Of a stretch of 64,000 nucleotides of DNA, positions 28,027 to 39,967 are shown one piece after another (within the stretch, counting starts at the first letter, position 1; each line of letters starts with the position of its first letter). The DNA lies in NCBI GenBank assembly GCA_030141605.1, contig JAQGDQ010000062.1, forward strand, positions 682,001 through 746,000, read 5' to 3'. A program made the translations under genes and the position numbers. Origin of the DNA: Tubiluchus corallicola (lineage: Eukaryota > Animalia > Priapulida). The notes under the pieces were generated by a model. The model did no database searches. It was not told where the DNA came from and was given only the letters and a program-made list of their open reading frames with translations.

Positions 28027-30672
28027 CTGTAACAAAATTAGAAAAAATATTTTATTTTGGGCTTGTTTGCACAGCCAGCAGCAATATTAGAAGTAATACA
28101 AAGTTGCACTGTGTCTATGTCTGCATTTAACACCTCCATATGGAATAAGGAATCAGTTGCAAGAAGGTGTGCAGACTTTACTCTGGCCCAGATAATTTAA
28201 TTTAATTTAATTAGGTACAAGAAACTGGCTGACAATCAGGTGGGAATGCTTGACCAACCTGCAACACTGAACACCTTTAATATCCACAGGCTAAAAAAAA
28301 GATGCGTTCTAGGAAATTGGCCTGTTTTTCATTAATGCTTGTGTTAGGATCAAAGAGTACTGTCGTCTGTATAACATTTATGGGACTGAGGAGAGGCAGT
28401 CAGTCATTTGGCGAAATTGCATAAAAAGAAAAAGACGTCTGTAGTCATAATCAACAAGGCCATGGAGCAACAGGTAAGCAAGAATCAAGTCAGCTCGTTG
28501 ATGTCTAATGTAGATGCGGATGATGCGGAGACCAGAGGTAGAAACGAATGAAACGTAACACCGCTGTTTGTTTTTTGCACATTTCATTGGCCTTGTGCTG
28601 TTCTCCATGATAGGTGTCATTTCTAACATGGCTAATGATCACAGAATTTCATGCTTCTGATATTTATCATTTTGCTTCATCGTTCCTTCAGCGTCGGTCA
28701 AATATGCCACAACCGTCATAGATTTCCGCACAAAATAGCTCATGAAATTCTCTATGTCCTCAGCACTTACACAAGTTATAAAGTAAAGCCTTGTTTGCAT
28801 TCAGCAATATTGTCGCTGCCCGTTTTGAGTACGGTGATTTGAACATAATGCACGTTTGTTGTTTTCTCTTCTAGATACGGCACAGAATGCGGGAATTTAG
28901 CGAGAAGGCTGAACAGTTGATGACGGTAAAGCAAAGAGAACTAATGCAACAAAAGTAGTTTTAGTTAGCCAACTAATTACATCATTTGTTATCATATCAA
29001 CGATGTTACAAAAAGCGTCGCCGTTGTAGTTAATTTCCGGTCCAGTTGATAAGCTCATAGCTCCACGTATCTGTTCTTGTTTTGTATTGTTTGAATTTGA
29101 TTTTTTATGGTTTTTTTTCTTACTGTCATTGTAACAGAACGAAACAGAAATGTTAGAACATTTGTCATAAGTCACTACTGATTTTCACTCATTATAGTTA
29201 GATACGAAAGAATTTGAACTATTGCTTGTTTTGTTATAAAAACATTTTATTTTTGTACAGCAATCATGCTTTTACAAAAATCAAATGGAAAATATTCAGT
29301 AATTTGTATAGCACTCTGATTTCCTAATTTATCATTGGTTGCAAATTCAGTATACAGTAAACTACGTATAACTTGAACTGGTATAACGGTTGTTTCGAAC
29401 AGATCTCAGCCTTTTTTTCAATTTTCCTTATAACAAACATCATGTAACTCGAATTATCACGTAACTCAAACCGAATTCCCGGTATATTTCTTAAGAATCT
29501 GACTGAAACTACGTCGCATATCTTGAATGGCCTTCCAATGAAAATGTCCATCATGTTACGATTTTAACTGCTAGTTTCAGGAAAAATGCAAAGATTTCTT
29601 GTATTACCTTAGCAGAACGCTGCACACAACACGGTTTAATGTAGAACACAATATTATTTTTGCCGAATTCTAATAACCATGCTACTCAGGCTACAATAGA
29701 GGTGAACCAGTCATTTAATCTTGATTATTCATAAAAATTGCTGTTTGATATTTAATTAAAGGCTCAGTTTATCATTTTCACAAGCTGCCTTGTAGTGCTA
29801 CTAGTGTATTGTCCGATATTGACGACAAATGTCGTCTAAAAGGTACTTTCGCATAACTGGAACAAATTTCACACTCCTGAGGTCTTTGAGTTACATAGTT
29901 TAATGTATTTGCTTGTTACTTGTATAGTTGAATTATACTTCCACTATAATTAACAGTAAAGATAAGTGAGTACATGTGGTTACAAAGAGCTCTAAACAAT
30001 GTAATTATGCTTTCATTAATTAACGTTTAAAATTGGTATGGAGCTTTAGTTTCACTATTCACAGTTTCTGCATATACATTGTCCTTCATTTGAGGAGGAA
30101 ACTTTATAAATGTTACCGCTGCTCAAATTTGGAAAAATGGGTTTACAAATTTTTGTGTTTGCCAAAACATCTTTACATCTACATGGTCATATTTCTGAAT
30201 ACTAAAATATAAAAATAAACAATCATTTGTACTTCAAATCACAGCTGTTGATTGAAAGACATTGGAAAGTTGTTAAAATTTGACAGATATTTCACACGGC
30301 TAGTGATGCGGAACGTCCACTGCCATCCACGTTTATCTGTATGAAAATGAATCAGTATTTTGTTTTACATCACACAACAGACAGAACGTTTTTAAAGCCA
30401 TTACGCTAGTCTGGTACAGCTTTCTAAGTACAAAAATTATTCAAGCTCATAAACCGTATTTTAACTTGGACAATAGCCAAGTGTGCGATGGTAAAAAACA
30501 AGGTTAAATTCATGACATGATGAACGTGTGCGTAAATGACAAACACTCAACTTCAAACAGTCAACTTCAACTGTCAACAACAAGGTTAAGCATACAAACA
30601 GCATAAACATAATTAAGGGGGACAAAGCGTAGTTTAGTTCGTAGTAATACGTGTTAAATTCATGGTATTTAC

Positions 30673-32578
30673 CAACTTAGTTAAATTCATTTGGTGTTGT
30701 ATGTTTCTGCTACGTGGAAGGTGTAGATAAGCCGCGACTTTGCTGATAAGTTTTTCTCACTTTTATGCACCAGAGCACCATTAATGTGTACCAGAGCACC
30801 TAAGTAATCATATTACTGAATTGCCACCACGTGAATGTTTTCATTATTGAAATGCAGATTTTTCATTCTGCATTTTTAAGTCTGTTTACTAAAATGGACA
30901 TAAAATGAAAAAAATTCACGCAACCTGGGATTTGAACCCGGGTTGTGTAAGGCTTGGCTTGCTATTGTACTCGATCATCTCAGACAAAACATGATATGCA
31001 TTTTACAACTTACAATTTAAAATCATACTGGAATGAAAATCTTTAATTTAATCGTTCAAAATACGAGATAAATTGCTTTCTCCAAATTCAGCACAGAAAA
31101 TCATTGTCATGGTTGTTGTATTCTACTTTTGGTATTTGTGTATGATGCAAGTTTATCACAAAAACAAAACATCTTATTGACAGTTATTAGATAAACAGAT
31201 AACACTAGCTGTAGCAACTTTTACCAAACACAACACTGAGATGCAAAAAATAAATAGCACACGACAGTTTGTTCAGTTTATACAAGTGATGCGTGATTCT
31301 AATTCAATCTTGTGCATAGGCAGTACAACTGTGCGCGCCATAAACAAAAACCAAAAAATGTCAAAAAGTAAATTTACCCTTTTCAACAGAAGCAGCTACC
31401 CATCCCTGTGAAGGATAATGTTGCGGTCCATCGTAATCAACATTTAGGCTGTTTTTGTCTGGTGTCCTTCTGAACAAAACTTTTACCCCGTCTGCAAAAC
31501 ATTTAAATCCAAGAGAGCATTTAAATAAAACTCAGAAAATTTGTCCTGAAATTTTATATCGCTTATGTGCTGTCTCATTGCATAGAGAACTTGCATTAGC
31601 AGTAACACTGTGTAAAACTTGTAAGTTTAAACTCCCACAATGACCGTTAAGCGCAGCTATGTTAACAGCAAGTTGCTTCAAACAAGCTTAAATCACACTG
31701 CGTAAAGTTTTAAAAAATAATCATGGCATTTGTAGTGCACTCTTCATTAACTCAACAAAAATTTAAAGCACTTTGTATTCTCAATAAGATTAATAATGTG
31801 CTTTAGGTGAAACAGTGATGCACACTGGGATGGCAATAATGTGAATCAGTGATGCACACTGGGATGGCGATGCACTAACTGACACAAACTTTTAAATTAT
31901 CAATTTTCTTGATGCATAAGTATTTCAAACAGGTTAACATTATGATAAGTAATATAACTTTGTGTGGAAAGTTCTTTGGGAGATACTTCAAAATTTCCCT
32001 TTCCCTTTGACACAGCAGAATTTGTCACAATTGCTACTTTCTTTGCGGACAGAAATTACCTATCTAGCTGTTCATATATAAGTTTAGTACTTTAACGTAG
32101 TTAGCAAGCCATCATGAGGGCGAACAGGTATCACAGGAGAAGGGGCTTTTAAACACTCCTTTGGTGAAGAAAGTTCATCTTAAAAGGTTTTTGTGATTCT
32201 CGTTTCTTAGAAATTTTTTAGGTTCATAATGCAGGCTTTTTGATATTCTAGTCTAAATTTAAAACTCATTGGTTTTAATAGTTTTACTTTCTTGACGTAT
32301 TTTGGACCCGCATTATACATTTTATAATTTCATGTAAATTTATTATCTTAGTATGTAATGTTAGAATTGGAACTACACTAACATCTCTTCTTGCCGAGCC
32401 TCGCTTTTACGGATATCGATAGAATCGGACAAAATCTGGACAAAATGTAAATTCACCTTAAAAATTGCCATGCTCTGAACAACGACTGGCTCCCTGAGAC
32501 CAACAACTTCTCTTGCTACTTTCTGAAGCTTGTTGCTGAACGTGACTTTTTTAAATTCTAGATTTAACCAATGGAGAG
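30673..32578 (-). pseudogene. PHYHD1: PHYHD1-like (phytanoyl-CoA dioxygenase domain) gene fragment, 3 exons
   Basis: Exon 32578-32457 LHWLNLEFKKVTFSNKLQKVAREVVGLREPVVVQSMAIFK; exon 31491-31378 GVKVLFRRTP..WVAASVEKG; exon 30799-30673 ALVHINGALVHKSEKNLSAKSRLIYTFHVAE..K*I*. The HxD exon(s) are not visible, phases mismatch between exons 1 and 2, and the last exon has two stops. Confidence 0.8.
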
Positions 32579-33350
32579 CTGTAAAAATTATTAATATAAA
32601 TGCACTGCATGCTAATCAAAGCTTCAATTTATATTCCAAGTTCATTCATTGAAACAGTCATAAAGAAACAATTATAACACTCACCAATTACTTTGGCAAC
32701 ATTAAACTTTTAAAAACTGAAATACAGTGCCTAGTAGTGAAACAGCAATTTGAGGTGCAGTACAGAAATATTAGCCAAGTAAAAAGACCCTTCTTCTAGG
32801 TGACAACTGACAAGCATATTTTTGGAAAAGAGGAAAGACTGTTACAGAGGGTGAACTGTCTCCTTGCCTATGTAGGGCCACCAAAAGCATATACAATAAA
32901 CCCAGAGTCCCAAAGACATATGCAATAACAAATGATGTAAATGGGTACATTCAAATACATAGAGCAATTTTATGTATGTAGTGCAATTTCTCACATGCAT
33001 TCAGGATGTTTGGCATCTCTAATCTAATCAGTGAACTAAACAAATGTGATTAAAGTATCATTACATGTTAATTGACTTGCAGTAAGTTAGTTAGAAGCAA
33101 GTTAAATTGCAGAAGTTTGTGAAAGTTAATAAGCGATACATTAATGATACATAAATTATGATGTTAATAAATTATAATCATCTGTAATACATCAACCTAA
33201 AAATATTTACAATGAAAATGTATGGTACTACACTGAAGCACACAACACACACTAAACTGTGCAAATAAAAAATCAAATACGAAATTGTATAAGCACCTGT
33301 GAGTCACATTCATCAGGAACTACTAGTTTTTGTAATGAGGCCTTCTCAGT

Positions 33351-35162
33351 TTAGGCAAATGAGTCTGGGAATCGCACCTGAACATCTGTTGTTTTCCTGC
33401 ACATGGAGAGTGGTGGCTTGTAGAATGTTTTTAGGGAGTCCGCTCTCTCTCCAACTCGTCCCGAAGCTGGATGCTTGGACTTGTGCATTGGCAGTGGAAC
33501 AGGTAAGCTCTGGTCAAGCCTTGCTTTCTTTCTTGCAGGACAAGCACTTTCAGACTCTAAGGTCAAACCATTGTCTTTCTTCACCAGTTTTGTGGCTTCC
33601 TCAAGACATTCATCTACTAAAGCTGTCCAATTTCTAAACTGATCTGGGTCAGCATCCTTGCTGAATTTGTAAGTCAGGTCAATTACCTGTTTCAAAGTGG
33701 ACCTTGCTGATATCAGATGGTTTTTGAATTGGCCATGCCTCAATGGTAATTCACCAATTGAAAAGTTTGCCACCCCATCAGGTTCATCTTCTATTTCGCT
33801 ACTATCAGACAACTCATGGTACTCTCTCTTGAATGAAACATGGTCATCTGGAACTCCATGAGTGCTCTGTTCATCTTGAGGTTGAAATTTGACAGTGCCG
33901 TCTATGAGCTCCCAATCCAAGTTCAGAACAGGGTGTTCCCTAGGGAGGCTGCTAATTTCCTCCCAACCGAAACCTACATTTGCCTTGATGACAGCAAAAA
34001 AATGCTTGCACAGCATTCTCGAGTGTTGGAATGAAGGGCAAAGCAGGAACAGCACTCATCACCATTACCAAATTTTACAGTATAAATAGTGGAGGCATCT
34101 TGTTCGCTGGAGACATTGAACGTCTTATGTCCAATTACTGTAACTGAGGCTACCTAAAAATATGAAACAGTAAGTACTTTTCCTTACATATATCACATTC
34201 CTCTGTCTGAAATGCCACTACTAACTTGCCCTCCAACTTATTTTTATGTTGCATGCTCATTCATGTTGCCTACTGTGAAGATATCTTTAGCATTTGTTAC
34301 TTATACAAAACTACGTTTATTGTATCGCTAACCTGTACAGAAAGCACATTACATCAACAACATCATGTATTGCAATATATTGCCGAACACTAAGAAACGT
34401 GATGTAATACTTATAAACTGAAATCCATTTTTGCCCTTAATTTCTGATTCAACTATACCATACATGTCCCTGTGACGGCTTCACTTTCTCCATTTTGTCC
34501 CACATATCCTCAAAAATTGTTCTTGGCCTGTTCTGCAGCCAGGATGGGGTTTCCACAGACCAACTTCTGTACAAGTGAGAGCTCTTCACATTCATCTGCT
34601 CATACCTGGAAAATGTACGAGATCTGAATTAACAATACAGTTTGCAAATATATCTTAGACATTTTCTTTACCTATAAATAACAGACAACTTTAACCATTG
34701 TAACTTCAGAGGACTACACAAACAAGAATACTTGAGAAACTAGCAAAAGCTACTCCAAGCCAAATAACAACCTTATTACAAAATAAACAAATTTAATATC
34801 CCGATTTGGTCACCCTATCTCTCTCATAAAGGTGCTGCTAATCTGAAAATCAGGAAATTATGTTAGAAAATAATATTCCACTTTAATAATCTTAAAAGTT
34901 TGTTTACAAATGTAACTGTAGCTTTCTGTTATTGTTCAATGAAAAATAATAACAGATATGGTAGATGAACTTTTAAAAAATAGTACCGCTGATATTTTGC
35001 TGGCAGAAAGTGTGTTATTAGAACATCCAGCAGTGCACTTAAAGAGCACTGCCGCCTCTTGCTGAGAAATCCATATTTCAGATCCTCGTTCATCCTCTCT
35101 ACACAGTTATTGGTGTTCACAGCCAAGAAGAGTCCTTCTGGCATATAAGCATTGCTCCATAT
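33351..35162 (-). pseudogene. Mutator-like (MULE) transposase with SWIM zinc finger, 3' exons, frameshifted
   Basis: Exons 35162-34987 (W..AY..NTNNCVERMNEDLK, the MULE catalytic Glu motif), 34605-34464 (..PSWLQNRPR..) and 34153 onward (CSC/xCPSFQHSRMLCKH SWIM with a 1-bp frameshift near 34042). The 5' part is absent next to the P-element TIR. Confidence 0.8.
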
Positions 35163-35396
35163 CTGAACATTTTATCTTAACATAGTGGACATGTTAGCTA
35201 TACTGAACGTACAGTACAAGCAACTTTACGAAAGCAAAAGCCTACTTGGTTAGTAAATGGTGACATTTTACATGAACTGACACAATGCTTATCAGATGAC
35301 ATTTTGTTGAGTTTTTGAATTTGCACTTGAACATGAACAATTCATTAATTGCTACCCAATTAAAAGTTTAAAGTTGTTATCCAATTATGGTTTAAC

Positions 35397-38300
35397 CAAG
35401 GACTACTATACAACAGGACGTGCACGCTCAGATCTCTGATTCGGCTAGCGGAGGCGATCAATTTTTAACATTTAGTGCTAATAATTTGGACATATTTACC
35501 CCCCCATGGTGACCTATAGCATGCCACAATACACATAGAACATATTCCTCATTCATCCAGTAATTTAAAAACAGTGGTACCTATGATATCCCCCCCCCCC
35601 AAAAGACACCATATCTACAACTCATTGTGTCCCGATGATTACCTGTCACTTTCTATAGAGAATAAACAGACTGCACCATTTTGTCAGGACTATATAAACT
35701 CATTCATAGGTTCCTCTGTGTAAATTAGAATACATGAAATTATCGCACTCTGTGTAAATTAAGTTTGGTGATCCTTCTCCAAATTGTGTAGTCCATGCAG
35801 CAGTACATTCGCCAGGCGTCTCAGAGCATTTCTTGAAAATTCTCCAAAATCAAAGTAGGCATTGATTATGGAGAGGATGTTCATGAGCTTGTTGCAGCAG
35901 CAGACTGTGTGAGTTGACTTCTTCACAAAACACAAGCCAGTTGTTACGAATTCGAACGTGAATGTGTGGGGCACTGTAAGACCTCCCCTAGACACTTCTT
36001 CAATGAACATTTTCATTTCCTCAGAAAGGAGAGGCTCATCCTCGGGAAAAGAAATGTCATTTTGGCACTTACTCTCCAACCAACCTGCGACATATGCACA
36101 CGCGTTCAGTTCAGTTTTGGAAAGAGTCTCGTCAACACAAATCTCCATAATTTTGGCATCCTCGAAATCAATCCCATTGCATGTGTGCAACTGGATTTCG
36201 GATGATGTGTCTGTGTCCACAAACTCCAGGAATGATGCAGAAAAACGCACCAGTCTCCGCTTGAATGCTGAACAGACATCTCCAGCTTGCATGAATGCAT
36301 TGGCCCCCCTTGACTGCCTGTAAACTGAGAACTCACCCTCTATTCTGTCACTCTGAAGTTCATGCAAATACGTAGTGAAATCCAACAGAAAACTAGTGCC
36401 TACAGATAGCGAGGAGTCCCTCCGTGGTCTGAATCAAAGCTTTTCGCGTATCATGTGTCAGGCATTCAATTCTATTTGGTCCGTGTCCTGATTCGGTTTG
36501 CTTAAACAGAGTCAACAACGACTGAAGAGTATCAGATGTATCTTGTTGAACAGATCGATCAGGGTCTCTCATCCTCGTGTCTTGACCTCTGGCAGAAACA
36601 TTTACCACATTCCACCAGCGTAGCACTTGCTGAATGAATTCTGCAGTATCCTGGGCTCCTCGAAGTCTCAGCGATGCAACGACATGATCGTTGAACACCC
36701 TCAGGACATGTTGCACATTCTGGAGCTGAAGTTTCGATGGGAAGACTGCAGAATATGTCAAAGGTGTTGAGTTCATCACATTGTCTTTTTCAGCTTTGTA
36801 AAGACTTTTTACTTCAGCAAATGAGCCAACAGTTTTCTTGTCAAACGATAATCTCTGACATTTCTCCGTGATCCAGTTGTTCCTGATACTTTTCAGAATG
36901 TGGACGGTATCATACAACAGGAACCACACTCGTGTATTTTCCAGGGGATGTTCAGCCTCCCAGTCTGTTCGTCTGGTAAACAATTTGCAGTATTGTTGGT
37001 TGATCTTGTGGTTGTCCGTCATGGACCCTAAAACAGTTCCTCCCGAATTCTCAACCACTGTAGCAGCCTCCTTCACGACAGAGAATTGATATGCAGCAGT
37101 CAGCTTGTGAACGGGGGTCACTGATATCATCACGCTGGGGCCACCATGTAGACATTTAGCCATCACGCATAGCATTGATGTAGCTTTACTGTCTGGCTCA
37201 TTTTTTGCCATGCCATTTAGCACACCCCCTGAAAAAGCCACTGTTGGGCGTATTTTCACTTCATCCAACAATAGCATACAGTGTTTCTGCTCAGAGCTTT
37301 TCACTTTCTGAAATGTTTTACCTAGCACCTTGTCAATATCTGTCGATGAATTAACTGACTGCAGCTTTCTTTTGCTGGGTAACACTAAAAAGTCACGCAG
37401 TTATTCGTAATTGCAATGGGGAAATGACTCTATTGCAAAGCAATAATCAGACACTGTGAAAGTCTTATCACATAATAGTCGAAGCTGTCGTGTTAGAAAT
37501 TTGAGCTTCTTGGCTTTAGCATTAACACTAGGAGATTGTTCTCGATTTTGAGCTAGTTCAAGTTCAAGAGGCTTTGTCACTTTGTTGACAATATCATCAA
37601 CATGATGAATGTGGTTGACAACAGAATTCACAACCGCAAAAATTGTGAGTAAGAGGACAGCCCATTGTTTGGACTGAGGATTTTACTTAATGGCACACTG
37701 ATCCCGTTTTTGAAAGCATACAGAGTAAGAGGGGAACACAAGGTAGGCTTATTGTGAACAATAATTGACATATAACATTGACTGTGGTCCTCTTCCATGA
37801 ACATGCACACAAATTTGTCTTGTGTGCGAGATATAATGAGGTTCTGATACGTCTTATGCAGGTCTTTCTCAGGAGTGAATTCATTGAGAGAAGTTATTTT
37901 ATCCTTTTTAAAGAAATAATTCAGCTGCTGGTCCTCAGTTTTTGGAGGGCGAGGTGGTGGCTTTGGAGTGGGCAAGCATGATGTTGGAACGTTGAAAATA
38001 CTGGGTGGATCCACTGGCCTGGTGTGACCACCTGGAATTTTGACCATTTGAGTATCCGATGGCCAATGCTTTTCGCAAATGAAAAATTTCGTTGGATCAA
38101 CAACAAAGCCTTCGCGTGGGGGAAGAACACTTAGCCATTTCTGTTTTTCTACATGATCTCTTGGCAGTCTGAACACACGACACTTGTTCTCCGTGTCATA
38201 GTTACCTTTGCATTTAACAACACCACACTTGTTAGGCATGCTGCTGAGCACAGATGTATAAAATCCACAAGAAATTTTGAAAATAATCCACAAAGAAACA

Positions 38301-38648
38301 CGAAAACAACGCTTCACTTGACTTTGAACAATGACACATTAACAATGACAAAGCACTACTTCCGGTAAAACACTTACGCCTAAAGTAGTGCGCCATTTAA
38401 AAAGTAAAAATGAACACTAATTTCCTTTGATACATAAAATAAACAATTGGTACTTTTCTCCCGTAATGTAAAGAACCAATTAAATGAAAAATAATACTCG
38501 CTATTTACCGATCCACCCATTCTTTAATTTCCGAGATCACTACTCTCTAAAGCGCACTATTTATAGATTACGTTCATACAAGTATTGATCGCCTCCGCTG
38601 GCGGAATCAGAGATCTAAGCATGCACATCCTGTGTATAGTAGTCCTTG
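35397..38648 (-). mobile_element. P-element superfamily (THAP) DNA transposon, near full length
   Basis: ~65-bp imperfect TIRs starting CAAGGACTACTATAC at both ends; internal intronless THAP-transposase; flanks (ggtttaac / gtaatccc) do not form a TSD. Confidence 0.95.
35759..38239 (-). pseudogene. THAP-domain P-element transposase, disrupted
   Basis: MPNKCGVVKC..FRLP..W..FICEKHW..PSIF (C2CH THAP); LLLDEVKI, MTDNHKIN, YDTVHILKSIRNNW, LQSDRIEGEF..RQ..G. Frameshift ~37630, stops at 37401 and 36393, small 3' deletion at ~35760. Confidence 0.9.
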
Positions 38649-38926
38649 GTAATCCCATATTAATTTTTTATAGTGTTTTATGTATTCAGGCAAAATAAAT
38701 TCAATTCGATTCGAATAAATTAGAATAAAAGAAACCCGGCATAGGATCAGTGAAACTGGAGTGGTCCATTTAACGGGAATAATTGAGGGGCGTGTTGAAA
38801 GTGAAAAATGGGTCTGTGAAATGGTCCCTTGTATCTGCATGCAAAATTTGAGTCACCTACAATGAAACTACGACCTATGAGAGTTTTCAAAAATAAATGT
38901 GACAACAACAACACTAACACATAGTG

Positions 38927-39490
38927 ATGCCACACAACAATCAATACATACAGTAATGCTGCACAACAATCAATACATACAGTAATGCTGCACAATCAGC
39001 ACATACAGTAACTGCCACACAACAATCAGCACATACAGTAATGCTGCACAATCAGCATATACAGTAACTGCCACACAACAATCAGCACATACAGTAACTG
39101 CCACACAACAATCAGCACATAGAGTAACTGCCACACAACATCAGCACATACAGTAACTGCCACACAACAATCAGCACATACAGTAACTGCCACACAACAT
39201 CAGCACATACAATAACTGCCACACAACAATCAGCACATACAGTAACTGCCACACAACAATCAGCACATACAGTAACTGCCACACAACATCAGCACATACA
39301 ATAACTGCCACACAACAATCAGCACATACAGTAACTGCTACACAACAATCAGCACATACAGTAACTGCCACACAACAATCAGCACAAACAGTAACTGCCA
39401 CACAACAATCAGCACATACAGTAACAGCCACACAACATCAGCACATACAGTAACTGCCACAGAACAATCAGCACATACAGTAACTGCCAA
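38927..39490. repeat. 30-bp minisatellite (with 29-bp variants)
   Basis: Unit cacacaacaatcagcacatacagtaactgc, ~18 copies, just after the last visible neprilysin exon. Confidence 0.95.
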
Positions 39491-39780
39491 CAATTCCCAC
39501 TCTTACAACATACAAATTAGAAGTTTTGAACTCACCTTCATCAAAACATAATTTGTAATGCTGAACTGCTTTTTCAACAGCTTTACTAGGTCCTTCGTAC
39601 TTCTTTGATAGCAGGGCTGCAAAAAAATGTACAAAATAGAATGACTTACACATATGGCTAAAAATATTTCAAGGCAGCATGTTGTTTTTTACATTGTATG
39701 TTCCAATCTTTTGGGAAGACCAATATAATTATATATCTGTTATTATTAAGTTAATTATATATTAATTAATATATTATATT

Positions 39781-39967
39781 AATATATAATATAATATAAT
39801 ATAATATAATATAATATAATATAATATAATATAATATAATATAATATAATATAATATAATATAATATAATATAATATAATATAATATAATATAATATAAT
39901 ATAATATAATATAATATAATATAATATAATATAATATAATATAATATAATATAATATAATATAATAT
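39781..39967. repeat. (ATAAT)n pentanucleotide microsatellite
   Basis: Near-perfect ataat repeats, ~37 copies. Confidence 0.95.

Noticed and set aside
30673-30700. Selenocysteine or readthrough at the PHYHD1 TGA
   Set aside because: It replaces a Trp, a TAA follows two codons later, and the gene lacks catalytic exons; nonsense mutation is simpler.
35958-38368. Plus-strand ORFs within the P element (and minus-strand ORFs at 26028-26331)
   Set aside because: Antisense shadows of the transposase.
25851-38648. Intact composite transposon formed by the two P copies
   Set aside because: The left copy has no outer TIR (replaced by Gypsy sequence) and no shared TSD brackets the unit.
39171-39431. 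Cys-rich (metallothionein-like) repeat protein VAVTVCADCC
   Set aside because: Translation of the 30-bp minisatellite; 29-bp units shift the frame freely.
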